A DNA stretch of 64,000 nucleotides, taken from Octopus vulgaris. Its lineage: Eukaryota. Below the pieces are notes generated by a model, which saw nothing but the letters and a program-made list of their open reading frames with translations, made no database searches and had not been told where the DNA came from. Of this stretch, positions 1 through 12,425 are shown piece by piece (within the stretch, counting starts at the first letter, position 1; each line of letters starts with the position of its first letter). The DNA is taken from positions 5,270,001 through 5,334,000 of the forward strand of contig OX597834.1 of assembly GCA_951406725.2 (NCBI GenBank), written 5' to 3'. The position numbers and the translations under genes are program-made.

Positions 1-130
1 GGTGGAATAAAAGAGTACTCAAATACCAGGTGTGGAGTAATATGCTTTATTTAAAAGCAGCAGAAATTCAACAAAACCTGTTACACGGAGTTTCAGGTTT
101 TGTTGAATTTCTGCTGCTTTTTAAATAAAG
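1..130. mobile_element. Fold-back fragment of a putative Penelope-like element, same family as 47407-47640
   Basis: Inverted arms TTATTTAAAAGCAGCAGAAATTCAACAAAACCTG (about 47-80) and CAGGTTTTGTTGAATTTCTGCTGCTTTTTAAATAA (about 94-128). Bases 1-46 are the reverse complement of about 47567-47610. Followed by (TA)n. Confidence 0.7.
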
Positions 131-482
131 TATATATATATAAAGATATATATATATATATAAATATATTCAAAAAGCAATAAAGATTCAAGTTAATTTA
201 AATGAATTTACTTGAATATGGTACCTAACTTAGATGCACCAAAAAAAAACTATACTGATTTAACAATACAGTAATGTGGGGTGATTATAAGCGAGAATGA
301 AGCAACAAGAATGGATAGGTTTTTAGTACAATCGTTTCATACAAGGACAGGTTTTATTAAAAGTTGCAAAAATTACAGCATATAAACGTATCCCGTACTA
401 TATATATATATGAATAAAAAATGGAGTTTTTGCTGCCCTGGTAACTATTCATTTATTTTTCCGTGTTATTGAAAATACACTC

Positions 483-521
<39 letters not shown>

Positions 522-1089
522 ATATATATACATATATATATATATATATGTGTGTGTATATATATATAGAGAGACAGAGAGTGTTCATATATATATGTGT
601 GATATATATATATATATATATATATATGATTTTTGTATGATCATAACTTTCAGAAATATGGATATTTTTTTATGAAGTTTTCTATGAATATGTATTATAT
701 CATGTAGATTCTGAACATACAATTTTTGGGCGGGTCGAGGGTGGGGTAAGTGTTTTAGGAGATGTGGGGTGGGGAATTTCTGAATATTCACCGGAGTCCT
801 ATTTGTCTTAACTTTCAAGAAAATCGATATTTTTTAACGAAATTCTCAAGAAATATACCCTCAACTATGTAGATTCCGAGTACATAGAAGTTTTGGGGGA
901 AAATAATCGGAGGTCATTTTTGAGAACTGTACCCATTCGGGGCTGTTTCAGAACAAGTCGTTCATATTTGTTTCATTTTCTCTGTTTTGTGCGTTTGTGC
1001 ATCCATAGATTTCTTCTGAAGCAACAAACAGGCAATGGAAGGCAAATGAAGCCCTCACCAGAAAACTCGTTATGCTAAAAATAACAGCT

Positions 1090-1562
1090 AAATGCCTGGT
1101 ACCAAGAGTGATGCTCTATACAAACAGAATCTAAATTTGTTGTCTCAGCTTCCAGAACCTGGAAGGGTTGGCGAAAGCCATGTGGTGGACAATGAAAAAC
1201 CTTGCTGATGACAGTCAAGGCTGATCTGGAACCCAACCTAGGCCCCCTTATCTACGGCATTCGTGGCTGGAATAGGAAATGGTTGGAGATCACGCAGTCG
1301 TTAGCCTCAAATCGCCAGGCCTGGTCGGCGTTTGTGAGAGATGCAGCATTGAGGATGAATGAAGCCAGCTCAACCCACCCCGGGTAGGCACCCATATCTA
1401 TGGCATTCACCGCTGGAATAAGGAGTGGTTGGAGATCACACGGTCGTTAGCCTCAAATCACCAGGCCTGGTCGGTGTTTGTGAGAGATGCAGCATTGAGG
1501 ATGAATGAAGCCAGCTCAACCAACCCTGGGTGAATGCTGTCAAGTCAAGTCAAGTCAAGTCA
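1090..1562 (+). mobile_element. RTE-clade LINE 3' end with internal tandem duplication and (CAAGT)n tail
   Basis: Translation ...WRKPCGGQ*KTLLMTVKADLE...WLEITQSLASNRQAWSAFVRDA matches the RTE ORF C-terminus pattern (W...V..DL...A..R..W...V). Segment about 1245-1385 is repeated at about 1392-1532, followed by a CAAGT x4 tail. Confidence 0.75.
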
Positions 1563-2551
1563 GTTTTCCAGAACCTGAATGTTCATACAGATCAATTTAC
1601 TGTGTCGCTGATCAAGAACAGGCAACGCATTTCCCAGTGGAGTTCCTCAAATCACTTCAGCTACCAGGATTTCCCCCACACACTCTGATCATGAAAACAG
1701 GTGCTCCCATAATGCTATTAAGAATCCTTGATGCACCCAGACTCTGCAACGGAACAAGGTTGCACCCAGACTCTCCAGTGGAACAGCCATGCCCCATGTG
1801 TTGGAAGCAACAATAATTACAGGCAACATGATGGGTGAGAATGTCTTCATTCCAAAGATACCTCTCATCTCAAATTATCTCCCCTTCCAGTTCAAGAGAC
1901 TGCAGTTTCCTGTCAAACGTAGCTTTGCAATGTCTATCAACTAAGCATAAGATCAATCTCGAAAGATGGTGGACTTAACCTCCTTCGACCTTGCTTCTCA
2001 CATAGTCAGATGTATGTTGGATGTTCTAGAGTTGGAGATGAAAAGAACCTCTTTATTCTTAGTGATAAACATGGCAAGACAGAAAACACAGTATATGAAG
2101 AAGCCTTTACATGAATAGTAAATCCATGTCAAATACAGAAGTGTAAAACCATTGAGTGTTAAAGTATTACACTTTCACTTTTACTTTTCGACTGACATGC
2201 GTGAATGTATATCTGTGTGTATAAAAGCGAAACAACAGCATGATGTATTCACTGTCTGTTTCTGTGTATGTGTGTGGTGTACTCTACGTACAGCCTTTCA
2301 TTGTTTATAATCTGTACCTGTTTTTTGGGTACGAAATAATTTAGACAAACATGTATTTACTTTATATCCGTATATGAGTTGAAAGCTTTCTTGTCACATT
2401 TCAATTAACGTGTGTGTTCCAGAGTTATGTTGCAGTGTTATGTAGAAAGTTGTATCTCAGCTACTAGCAGTTGAGACCTGCATAATCTAGACGGCGATTT
2501 TAAAATTTTATTATTTTCTTTAATCCGGGCAACACCGGGTATTTCTGCTAG
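1563..2551 (+). mobile_element. Helitron 3' fragment: PIF1-like helicase C-terminus (pseudogenic) plus 3' terminus
   Basis: Motifs FPVEFLKSLQLPGFPPHTLIMKTGAPIMLLRILDAPRLCNGTRL, VFIPKIPL, FKRLQFPVKRSFAMSIN and CFSHSQMYVGCSRV, with stops and frameshifts. Ends in hairpin CCGGGCAACACCGGG then CTAG (2548-2551) followed by T. Confidence 0.92.
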
Positions 2552-2552
2552 T

Positions 2553-2612
2553 ATCATCATCATCATCATCATCATCATCGTTTAGCGTCCGTTTTCCATG
2601 CTAGCATGGGTT
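2553..2612 (-). mobile_element. SINE-like family D, 3' tail fragment with (GAT)n tail
   Basis: (CAT)n followed by TTTAGCGTCCGTTTTCCATGCTAGCATGGG, as at 7362-7432. Confidence 0.7.
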
Positions 2613-2733
2613 TTTTATATGTATGCATATCTGCATGCATGTATTTATGTACATATATATGTATGTATATATATATATATGTGTATGTATATATGTATGT
2701 ACATATATATATGTATATATATATATCTATACA

Positions 2734-2818
<85 letters not shown>

Positions 2819-2850
2819 GCATGTATACATATTTATGTGTGTATGTATCT
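2613..2850. repeat. Compound (TA)n/(TATC)n/(TATG)n microsatellite
   Basis: Directly visible simple repeats. Confidence 0.95.
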
Positions 2851-3339
2851 ACTTCCTCTCTTCACTAATGTAACAGACTAATATACATATCAATTCATTC
2901 TTGTAGCATTTTTGCTGTCAGGGAACCTGAAATATTCTAACCAAAATCCCACCATGCCCTTCTCTCTCATGCTTTCTAGCCCAGTTCACATCTCCGTATC
3001 ATTCAGTTAGTTTCCACTTGGTTGCCCTCTTCTTTTATCTTCTATTTCCCCATATTTGCATTTGCAAAATTGGTGTTATTTTACAGATATTATCAAACCA
3101 CTCTATTTTACTTCATCTTACCATTTTTGTGAGTCTTTCTCTCTCTCCATACAAAGCATAGTTCTAAGACTGACTGGTTGGCCTAGTATGCCTTCCATGT
3201 AATGCTAACATATCGATAAATTGTTCTTCTGCCTAATGTGGCAAGATTACTAAAGAACTTACCCAATACTCTTCTCTACCTTGCATAGAAATCAACACAT
3301 TTTGAAATAAGGATACAGATGATTTTAGCAACCGTCACA

Positions 3340-3528
3340 TAATAGGCACCTAGTACACTCTGTGGAGTGGTTGGCATTAGGAAGGGCACCCAACCATAGA
3401 AAGCAGGCTAAAACATGACTGGAGCCACCTACATACATAAATGCAGTTCTCCAGTTTACCAGCCCCAGTGGAATCATCTTACCCATGCTAGCATGGAAAA
3501 TGGATGCTAAATGATGATGACGATAATG
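3340..3528 (+). mobile_element. SINE-like family D (RTE-associated tail), diverged
   Basis: GAGTGGTTGGCATTAGGAAGGGCACC...CCCATGCTAGCATGGAAAATGGATGCTAAATGATGATG. Confidence 0.7.
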
Positions 3529-4188
3529 GATTAATGAAAGGTAAAGACAACCACATTGGAATTTGAACTCAGAATTTGGGAGATATAACTAAATACCGTA
3601 TAGTATTTTGTCTGCAGCTCTTCCAATTCTACTTGCTAATAACTTATGGTTTCCATATTTTGGTACCTGACATTCTGTTGAATTAAGTCTCGTTTTGTAT
3701 AGACTTTAAGAAAGTGATTTGTCATTTCTAATATAAAATGTGTATATAAACAGACATAGTCATGCTGTGAAAGTGTTTTTGGCTAAAATCCAAATTACTG
3801 ACAGTATATGGTCAGGAATCACAATTTTGAGGTCACGTGTGCTCTGAATTATAACTGTTCTGTTAGCTATAGAACGAGGTGGTGATTGAACATTTATTGA
3901 CTAAGAAACATTGACCAATTTCCCTTCTAAGGAAGTGATCTGTCTTCTTCTCAAATCTGAATGTCAGAAGTTGAAATATGAGTGTTTTCTTGTTTTGTTT
4001 TTGTTTTTTTTATCAGAATTTCAGAAAACATATAAAAATTGGGGGCAGAGTAGGTTCAAGACAGCATCTGGCACAGAGAGAAATATTTTAAATGCAATAA
4101 AATAATGTTGGTGATTTGACATGTGGGATTTTTGGTGAGAAACTATTCATTTAAAATCTGGTATTTTTAGCTTTAACGCATCAATAGA

Positions 4189-4404
4189 CACAGGTGGTTG
4201 TGTGGTAAAGAGTTTGCTCCCCAACCATGTGGTTCTGGGTTCAGTCCTACTGCATGGCACTGTGGGCAAGTGCCATCTATTATAGCCTCAGGCCAACTAA
4301 ATACTTGTGAGTGGATTTGGTAGATTGAAATTGAAAAAAGCCTGTCATATGTGTGTGCGTGTGTGTGCGAGAGAGAGAGAAAGAGAGTGAGAGAGAGAGA
4401 GAGA

Positions 4405-4440
<36 letters not shown>

Positions 4441-4547
4441 TAGTGTGTGTGTGTGTGAGAGAGAGAGAGAGTGTGTTTGGGGTGTCTTTGTCCTCCACCA
4501 ACAAGTGGCAACTGGTGTCGGTGTATTTACATACCTGTAACTTAGCA
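4189..4547 (+). mobile_element. tRNA-derived SINE family A, diverged, with expanded internal microsatellite
   Basis: Head with box-A/box-B-like GTGGTTGTGTGG...GGGTTCAGTCC and body GGGCAAGTG...TTGTGAGTGGATTTGGTAGA. Confidence 0.75.
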
Positions 4548-4636
4548 TATATATATACACACATGCATATACACACACATACACACACACACATATGTAT
4601 ATATATATATAAACATACATATATATCCACACACAA

Positions 4637-4770
4637 TAGGCTTCTTTTAGTTTCTGTCTATCAAATTCACTCACAAAGGTTTTGGTTGGCCTGAGGCTAC
4701 AAAAGAAGACACTTGCCCAAGGTGTCACACAGTGGGACTGAACTCCGAACCATGTAGTTTGGAAGCATGC
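4637..4770 (-). mobile_element. SINE family A, 5' half, inverted relative to the preceding copy
   Basis: Reverse complement of the family A head and body (GAAGACACTTGCCCAAGGTG...GTGGGACTGAAC). Confidence 0.75.
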
Positions 4771-5242
4771 TATATTATATAGTTAACAGTTTTTATTCTT
4801 TGTCCTTAATGCCATTTCGTTTTTAGAAAACAACAAAATTAGTTTTATTTATATAAAGAATAAACCACAATTTAATTACACAGTGATGAACAATGAAAAA
4901 GATGAAAAATAAAAATAGGAGGAGATAAAACAGCAGAAGATGGAGTTGAGGAATACAGCCGAGAACAAGTGGCATGTTTAGCCATTCCTTGCAGACACAG
5001 CTGCAATGACATTGCGGAAGAGGATGACCAGTAATGCTTGTTGCTGCAGCTACCCCACCTCACAGGACTCATTTCACAGATGAACTGCAGTTGCCGTGAT
5101 TTTGTGGAGAAAAATCTGCCGAAGGGAGTCCAAGAACACCTGTACATTACTTACACTTTATTGTATAGACTTTAGAAGCATGAAAGTCAAAGTTGCTCTC
5201 AGCAGGACTTGAACTCAAAACAAAGTTGGAAGAAACATATAC

Positions 5243-5697
5243 ATGCAGGAGTGGCTGTGTGGTAAGTAGCTTGTTTACCAACCACATGGTTCCGGGTTCA
5301 GTCCCACTGCATGGCACCTTGGGCAAGTGTCTTCTACTATAGCCTCGGGCCGACCAAAGCCTTGTGAGTGGATTTGGTAGATGGAAACTGAAAAGAAGCC
5401 CGTCGTATATATATATATATATATATATAATAGAAATATTAAAATTACTAAGTCTCTCTAAAATATATATATGCGTGTGTGTGTTTGTGTGTTTGTGCTT
5501 GTCCCCCTAGCATTGCTTGACAACCGATGCTGGTGTGTTTACGTCCCCGTTACTTAGCGGTTCAGCAAAAGAGACCAATAGGATAAGTACTGGGCTTACA
5601 AAAAGAATAAGTCCCAGGGTCGAGTTGCTCGATTAAAGGCGGTGCTCCAGCATGGCCGCAGTCAAATGACTGAAACAAGTAAAAGAGTAAAAGAGTA
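5243..5697 (+). mobile_element. SINE family A, full length
   Basis: GCAGGAGTGGCTGTGTGGTAAG...GGTTCAGTCCC pol III-like head, central (TA)/(TG) tract, 3' GGCGGTGCTCCAGCATGGCCGCAGTCAAATGACTGAAAC and (AGTAAAAG)n tail. Confidence 0.9.
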
Positions 5698-6281
5698 TGC
5701 AAGTGGAATGGAAACAGAAATATAAATATTTATGGTGAGTATGAATATTCGTATGAATCCGTGTCCATGTATGTATTCAACAGAGAAGAGGGATAACTTA
5801 TCCTTCTCATAAAGAAATTATTTTTACATATAAAAGCATGGATATAGCTCCATTTCAGGGAATAAAACCAGCAAAACTATATCCTAATATCCAATGTGAA
5901 CACTTTATAGATATGAAACTTGAGCTATCTTTAGATAAAGCATCTGCATCTTCAGGCTCAGTATATCATTGTAGTATCTGATGTCAGTTTTGTCTGTAAA
6001 TAATCCATGATTCTAACCATTGGTAGACAGTATTACTTGCACCACTTCTACTCTATTCTGTTAATTACTAAGAATGAAATATAAGTTTATTTTCTTAAAA
6101 TTGATTTTGCAATGAAAAAAAAAAAAATAGATGATAAAATTAACAACAATTTTACAGATTGCAATAAAATAAATGTTCGTTCAACCAAATAAAATACAAT
6201 TCAGAATGGAGTTATTTGATATTTAATTCTGATTAAAGGTTCTTGCTACTATAGACGTGAGTTAAAAAATTTCTTTGTGGG

Positions 6282-6388
6282 CACACACACACACAGACAC
6301 ACACGCACAGACACACACGCACACACTCTCACACACACACACACGCACACGCACACACACACACATACACACACACACACACACACAC
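6282..6388. repeat. (CA)n microsatellite
   Basis: Directly visible. Confidence 0.95.
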
Positions 6389-6765
6389 GTATATAGCAGA
6401 AGCATTGGCCAAATGAAGAAAACTCATTGCCCTATCTATTGTAGTTTTTATCATTCCTATTTCAAATTCCAACCAGGGTTATTTGGATAGAAGATTGAAT
6501 CCATTGCTCAATTCAAAACCAACCATTGTCCTCAGGTGCCTGTAGCAGATTCCACTGTGTTGCAAGGTTTTGAGACAGATTTCCACTCAACGGATACCTT
6601 CTTATCTTCCTCTCACATGTTGAAGACCCTGTAAACAATGACGGACACGACCCTTTCTTCTGGACTAAACAATAAAAATCTTGATATAGTTAGTTTTATC
6701 AGAGAAAGCTTAATTTTAATAATTGTCAACAAGAAATTTAATTAATAACCTGTACCTGAACATAT

Positions 6766-7088
6766 GTGGAGGCGCAATGGCCCAGTGGCTAGGGCAGCGG
6801 AGTCGCGGTCAGAGGATTGTGGTTTCGATTCCCAGACCGGGCGTTGTGTGTGTTTATTGAGTGAAAACACCTTAAAGCTCCACAAAGCTCCAACAGAGGG
6901 TGGTGGCGACCCCTGTTGTACTCTTTCGCCCCGACTTTCTCTCACTCGCTCTTCCTGTTTCTTGAGTAACGCTGCAATGGACTGGCGTCCTGTCCAGCTA
7001 GGGGGAACGCATGCACCACAGAAACCGGGAAACTGGGCCCATGAGCCTGGTTAGGCTTGAAAAGGGTGCATAAAACAAAAAAAAAACA
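6766..7088 (+). mobile_element. tRNA-derived SINE family C, variant with V-domain-like core
   Basis: Head GGAGGCGCAATGGCCCAGTGG...GGTTTCGATTCC, core CTGCAATGGACTGGCGTCCTGTCCAG, A-rich tail. TSD TGAACATAT at 6757-6765 and 7091-7099. Confidence 0.85.
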
Positions 7089-7360
7089 CTTGAACATATA
7101 CCTTACAAACGTCACAACGGTCCAAAGCCTTCCTGTTATTGTATTTTACTGAACAACAGTAGGTAAGGATGCAACTCACAGGACTGAAAACTTAACTGCC
7201 TGTTATATATCGATGAGCCCAAGATGCTTGCCCTAATACAACTGCAGGCAGAAAGGTCTAACTGTCATCAAGGTTTTCAGCAACAATATCAGAATAGAGT
7301 CCAGAATCATTGTGTGCCAAAGCCAACTGTAAGGGAGGAAAACAAACCAAGACTGCTGCC

Positions 7361-7361
<1 letters not shown>

Positions 7362-7404
<43 letters not shown>

Positions 7405-7632
7405 TTAGCGTCCGCTTTCCATGCTAGCATGGGTTGGACGGTTCAACTGGGGTCTGTGAAGCCAGAAGGCTGCATCAGGCACCAGTCTGATCTGGCAGTG
7501 TTTCTACAGCTGGATGCCCTTCCTAACGCCAACCACTCCGTGAGTGTAGTGGGTGCTTTTTACGTGCCACCCGCACAGGTGCCAGACGGTGCTGGCAAAC
7601 GACCACGGACGGATGGTGCTTTTTACATGCCT
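7362..7632 (-). mobile_element. SINE-like family D with (GAT)n tail
   Basis: (CAT)n then TTTAGCGTCCGCTTTCCATGCTAGCATGGG...GGATGCCCTTCCTAACGCCAACCACTCC. Confidence 0.85.
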
Positions 7633-7719
7633 TAAAGGAGACAAAAACCTAGCAGTCAATGGTGATGGTGTGCAACATTCAGCAATGAAAGAGAAGACAG
7701 AGAGAAAGAGAGAGTGAGA

Positions 7720-7772
<53 letters not shown>

Positions 7773-7914
7773 TTGCAGGAGAATGTGTATGAAACTACAA
7801 ATGTGTACTGTATGCAACTAACAGATTTAAAGCTATTAAAAGCTGAGCTATTTATATGGTGACCTACAGCAACTGGAAATTAAATGACATCAAGGAAGTG
7901 AATACCTAACCAAG

Positions 7915-8208
7915 ATCACCATCATCATCATTGTTCGACCGTGGTCGAGACAATGGAATTTACCATGTTATGCCAGACTTTATGGTCCATCATAGCATTA
8001 CGGGGATCCTGTTGCTGGATGCCTGTATCCCTGGAGATTACATCAGGGTAGGAGAGTGTGCGCCCTCTTGTATTGTGAGCAGATGGCTTCCGGAAGAGAA
8101 GAGTAGAAATTACCTCGTTTTCAGCTCTACAACAATGTCCAGCAAACTGGACTCTCCTACTTTTCACAAGAGATGACACAGGTGGTAGTTTCCCATATAT
8201 TTGCATAT
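7915..8208 (-). mobile_element. RTE-like LINE 3' end
   Basis: ORF 7928-8206 IYGKLPPVSSLVKSRRVQFAGHCCR...RGRTLSYPDVISRDTG...NAMMDHKVW matches the RTE C-terminus (R...FAGH, GR...D, M.D...W). Followed by a (GAT)n tail. Confidence 0.85.
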
Positions 8209-8509
8209 AGAAGCTGCCTATAAAGAAGATTCACTAATGGAAGGTGAATGCTGATAGGATGAATTTACCAAGAGTTTTAGGGAGATGAGGCCTATTTCAA
8301 ATTCAACTGACCTTCACATTTACCCCAAGTAGTTTTGATGCAGGCCTGATAAAAACAGAAGATCCACGCCCCCAGGCTGTAAAACTTTAGTTACGCTCCA
8401 TTATGAAAGGGGCTGGTATCATATCCCAGAAATCTCACCAAGAGAAACGGGTACAACAACCATTTATGCTAAACAAGTGAAGTAGAATGCAAAACCCCAA
8501 GGCCAGTTT

Positions 8510-8960
8510 GATTTGCCCAATGGAACCAAGTGAGATTGTAGTCATCGTGGCCGATGCCTGTGCCACATAACTGGCACATAATTGTTCCACATAACATGCC
8601 AGTGGCACGTAAAAGGCACCCTTTGAACATTGGGCCTCATGGAGGCAATGGATAAGGGACCTAGACCTTTGGCAATACACCGTGTTTGAGAAAATTTGTC
8701 AAATCAAGTGAAATCGTACTCATGGTTGACGCTGGTGTCACGTAACGGGCATCCGTGCCTGTGGCATGTGAAAAGCATTCATTACACTCTTGGAGTGGTT
8801 GGTGTTAGGAAGGACATCCAACTGTAGAAAACGATGCTAAATCAGATTGGAACCGGGTGTGGCCATCCAGTTTACCAGTTTCAGTCAAACTGTCCAACTC
8901 ATGCCAGCATGGAAAGCAGACACTAACTGACTATGACGACGATGATGATGATGATGATGT
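8510..8960 (+). mobile_element. SINE-like family D, longer copy with internal duplication
   Basis: GGAGTGGTTGGTGTTAGGAAGGACATCC...CATGCCAGCATGGAAAGCAGAC with (GAT)n tail. Repeated subunit CAAGTGA(G/A)AT(T/C)GTA...GTGGCA(C/T)GT. Confidence 0.75.
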
Positions 8961-9057
8961 TGGGGTAGAAAGTAATGTACAGGAAATGCTCAAAATAGAT
9001 TTGTAATGCAGACATGAGAATGGCATACCTACGAAAGAAAATATATAGGAGTATATA

Positions 9058-9450
9058 AGCGTAGGAGGGGCTGTGTGGGAAGTAGCTTGCTTACGAACCA
9101 CATGGTTCCGGGTTCAGTCCCACTGCGTTGCACCTTGGACAAGTGTCTTCTACTATAGCCTGGGGCCCTCCAAAGCCTTGTGAGTGGATTTGGTAGACGG
9201 AAACTGAAAGAAGCCCGTCGTATATATGTATATATATATATATGTGTATATTTGTGTGTTGTGTTTGTGCCCCTAGCATTGCTTGATAACCGATGCTGGT
9301 GTGTTTACGTCCCCGTCACTTAGCGGTCCGGCAAAAGAGTACTAGGCTTACAAAGAATAAATCGTGGGGTCGATTTCCTCAACTAAAGGCGGTACTCCAG
9401 CATGGCCACAGTCAAATGACTGAAACAAGTAAATGAGTAAATGAGAGAGT
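9058..9450 (+). mobile_element. SINE family A, full length
   Basis: Same head, body and tail as 5243-5697. Confidence 0.9.
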
Positions 9451-9499
9451 TATAAAAGCAAGATATCTAAGAATTTATGCGAACAGACAAGCTGAATCA

Positions 9500-9865
9500 C
9501 TGACCAAAGTGATGTCACCACCAACCTTGGATCTGCTCATCGATACTGATTGGGACTTAGAAGATGACAAGTCTGATATCATCATCATGGACAAGAAGGA
9601 CAAGAGGTGTATACTTATCCAAAGGAGTATGTCTATGAAAATCATGGAGAAGCTGATGATATATAAAGCCCTGAGATTGAAACGAACAGGCTAAGGAATA
9701 CAAAGACCAAAATAATGCCAATGGTCATTAGTGCACAAAGACTCATGAAGAAGAGAATTCGAAAGCTCATCAACTGTATCACAGACAGTATCAACATTTA
9801 TGCAGTCCAGAAGTTTGCACCATTTAGAATAGCTTCCATACTATGGAGATTGCTGATTGTGAATA
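9500..9865 (+). mobile_element. Degenerate non-LTR retrotransposon C-terminus with restriction-like endonuclease (R4/Dong-like)
   Basis: DTD...KSDIIIMDKKDKRCILI...EKLMIYKAL...MPMVISAQ...AVQK...ASILWRLL resembles the RLE pattern (R/K)PDI...K......D...EK..KY..L...P.VIG.....QK....ILRR. Confidence 0.6.
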
Positions 9866-9964
9866 AGGCCCATCGCTTGGCCCCAACCCATCAGGGTATA
9901 ATACAGGAACTACAACAAAAATACTAGTTTCAAATTTTGGTGCAAGATCAGCAGGTTTGGGGTT

Positions 9965-10140
9965 GGGTTGGGGTGGGGTTAAGTCGAAGAAATAAACCCC
10001 AGTGTTCAACTGGTACTCATGTTATTACCCCCGAAAGGACAGACAAAGGGATTAAGTCGATTACATCAACCCCAGTGCGTAACTGGTACTTATTTAATCA
10101 ACCCCGAAAGGATGAAAGGCAAAGTCGATCCTGACAGAAT
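9965..10140 (-). mobile_element. SINE family B fragment
   Basis: CCCCAGTGCGTAACTGGTACTT...CCCCGAAAGGATGAAAGGCAAAGTCGA is the reverse complement of the family B core. Confidence 0.75.
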
Positions 10141-10246
10141 TTGGTCAGTTATTCTGCTTGTCTGTTCTTGCAACTTCTCAGTCATCCAATGATCCTACCA
10201 GCTCACCACCTTAACAACTACAATAATAACTATTTCGCACATGAGC

Positions 10247-10940
10247 TGGTGAGCTGGCAGAAATGTTAGCATGCCGGGCGAAATGCTTTGTGGTATTTCG
10301 TCTGTTGTTACGTTCCGGGTTCAAATTCCGCCGAGGTCGACTTTGCCTTTCATCCTTTCGGGGTCGATAAATTAAGTACCATTTATGCCCTGGAATCGAT
10401 GTAATCGACTTAATCCATTTGTCTGTCCTTGTTTGTCCCCTCTGTGTTTAGCCCCTTGTGGGTAATAAAGAAATATATTTCTCACATGGGCTGGCGAGCT
10501 GGCAGAAACGTTAGCATGCCGGGCGAAATGCGTAGCCATATTTTGTGTCGTTACGTTCCGAGTTCAAATTTCGCCGGGGTCGACTTTGCCTTTCATCCTT
10601 TCGGGGTCGATAAATTAAGTACCATTTACGCACTGGGGTCGATGTAATCGACGTAATCCCTTTGTCTGTCCTTGTTTGTCCCCTTTGTGTTTAGCCCCTT
10701 GAGGGCAATAAGGAAATAAGAAACGTTAGCACGCCGGGTGAAATGCGTAACCATATTTCGTCTGTTGTTACGTTGAGTTCAAATTTCGCCGAGGTCGACT
10801 TTGCCTTTCATCCTTTCGGGGTCGATAAATTAAGTACCAGTTACACACTGGGTTCGATGTAATCGACTTAATCCCTTTGTCTGTCCTTGTTTGTCCCCTC
10901 TCTGTTTAGCCCCCTTCTGGGTTGTAAAGAAATATATTTC
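10247..10940 (+). mobile_element. SINE family B, three tandem units
   Basis: Head GAGCTGGCAGAAA.GTTAGCA.GCCGGGCGAAATG, B-box-like GAGTTCAAATTC and core GTCGACTTTGCCTTTCATCCTTTCGGGGTCGATAAATTAAGTACC, three times. Confidence 0.9.
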
Positions 10941-12048
10941 TCACATGGGCTGCTTTGAATCAGTTGAATGATAAACCGAATGTATTTTGGTATTTGGTTA
11001 CTCAGTTTTATCTTCTTTGGTGGAATCTGATCAAGTTTTTCTTTTGCTTTTACACTTCCCAGGTCAATAAATTAATAATAGAATCCTAATGTGGTACAAG
11101 CAACAACAACCTCTCATCCTAAAATCTGTGTTTTCCATGCCGAAGCTAGGAACTGTAATTATTATGTTTCCATTATTGCTCTTGAGAGATTAATAATCTG
11201 GTTAAATTTTAGAACAAAATACGAAGGGAAAATCAATGGCAGACATGTATTTAGCAAAGAATGAAAATAGGAAAATAGGAAGTGTAGCAGACTGAAGCTA
11301 AGCAACGCAGATATATAATGATTTCTTCTATTTAGATTTACAGGGGATGGGTAACAGGAATTTGGAATGTTATGCCTTTCTCAGGGGTATTAGCAAGATA
11401 ATTGAATCATCTAAATCTGGGCCGTAGTCATGTTTGCCAACCATGTAATACAGCACCAAAGAGCACCTGGCAAAATGAGATATAATAAAATAACATTCTG
11501 AAAATTGAAAATTACATATTTGCTTAAAGTTAAATAAAATTTCTAATCTTATCCAACCACTAACTACATCACTATTACGCTCACATCTGAAAAGAAATTA
11601 AGTTTTCGATAAATCAATATCAATAATAAATAAAAATGCGGAAATAAATTAGGACTGGAAGCCTTCAAGGTAGATGAAATAGAAATAACAATTTTAAGAA
11701 TACAAAGTTTGGTCATAATACGGTAAATTTCTCTATGAGAAGAACTTCTGCAGTAGATTGTCCATATAAATAGTTGTCGTTAAATGTGTCAAGGAATTCA
11801 TTTCTCTCAGTAAATATGGGTGTACTTTAAAACATTTAAGTTTATGTATGTGTGTGTGTGTGTGTATTTGTGTTTTGTGTTGCATGTATTATATGTATTT
11901 ATGTATTTCTGTGTGTATATTTGTAAATGCGTACATATATGTGTCTTGTAAGAAGTTTATAATAGACGATTGAGACAACTAAATTTCTTCTCCTCTGCTA
12001 AAGGGCTTCAGATTAATATAAACCAATTATGCAGTTATGTGCATGCAA

Positions 12049-12049
<1 letters not shown>

Positions 12050-12088
<39 letters not shown>

Positions 12089-12101
12089 GTATATATTTCT
12101 A

Positions 12102-12199
<98 letters not shown>

Positions 12200-12234
12200 C
12201 CTATCTATCTATCTATCTATCTATCTATCCATCC

Positions 12235-12322
<88 letters not shown>

Positions 12323-12331
12323 GTATATATT

Positions 12332-12408
<77 letters not shown>

Positions 12409-12425
12409 GTATGTATATATGCATC
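12050..12425. repeat. Compound (TA)n/(TATC)n/(TC)n/(CA)n microsatellite
   Basis: Directly visible. Source of the YLSI/IY pseudo-ORFs. Confidence 0.95.

Noticed and set aside
4872-5147. Possible host exon on the minus strand
   Set aside because: No recognisable domain, a weak acceptor and no linked exons. It cannot be supported without RNA data.
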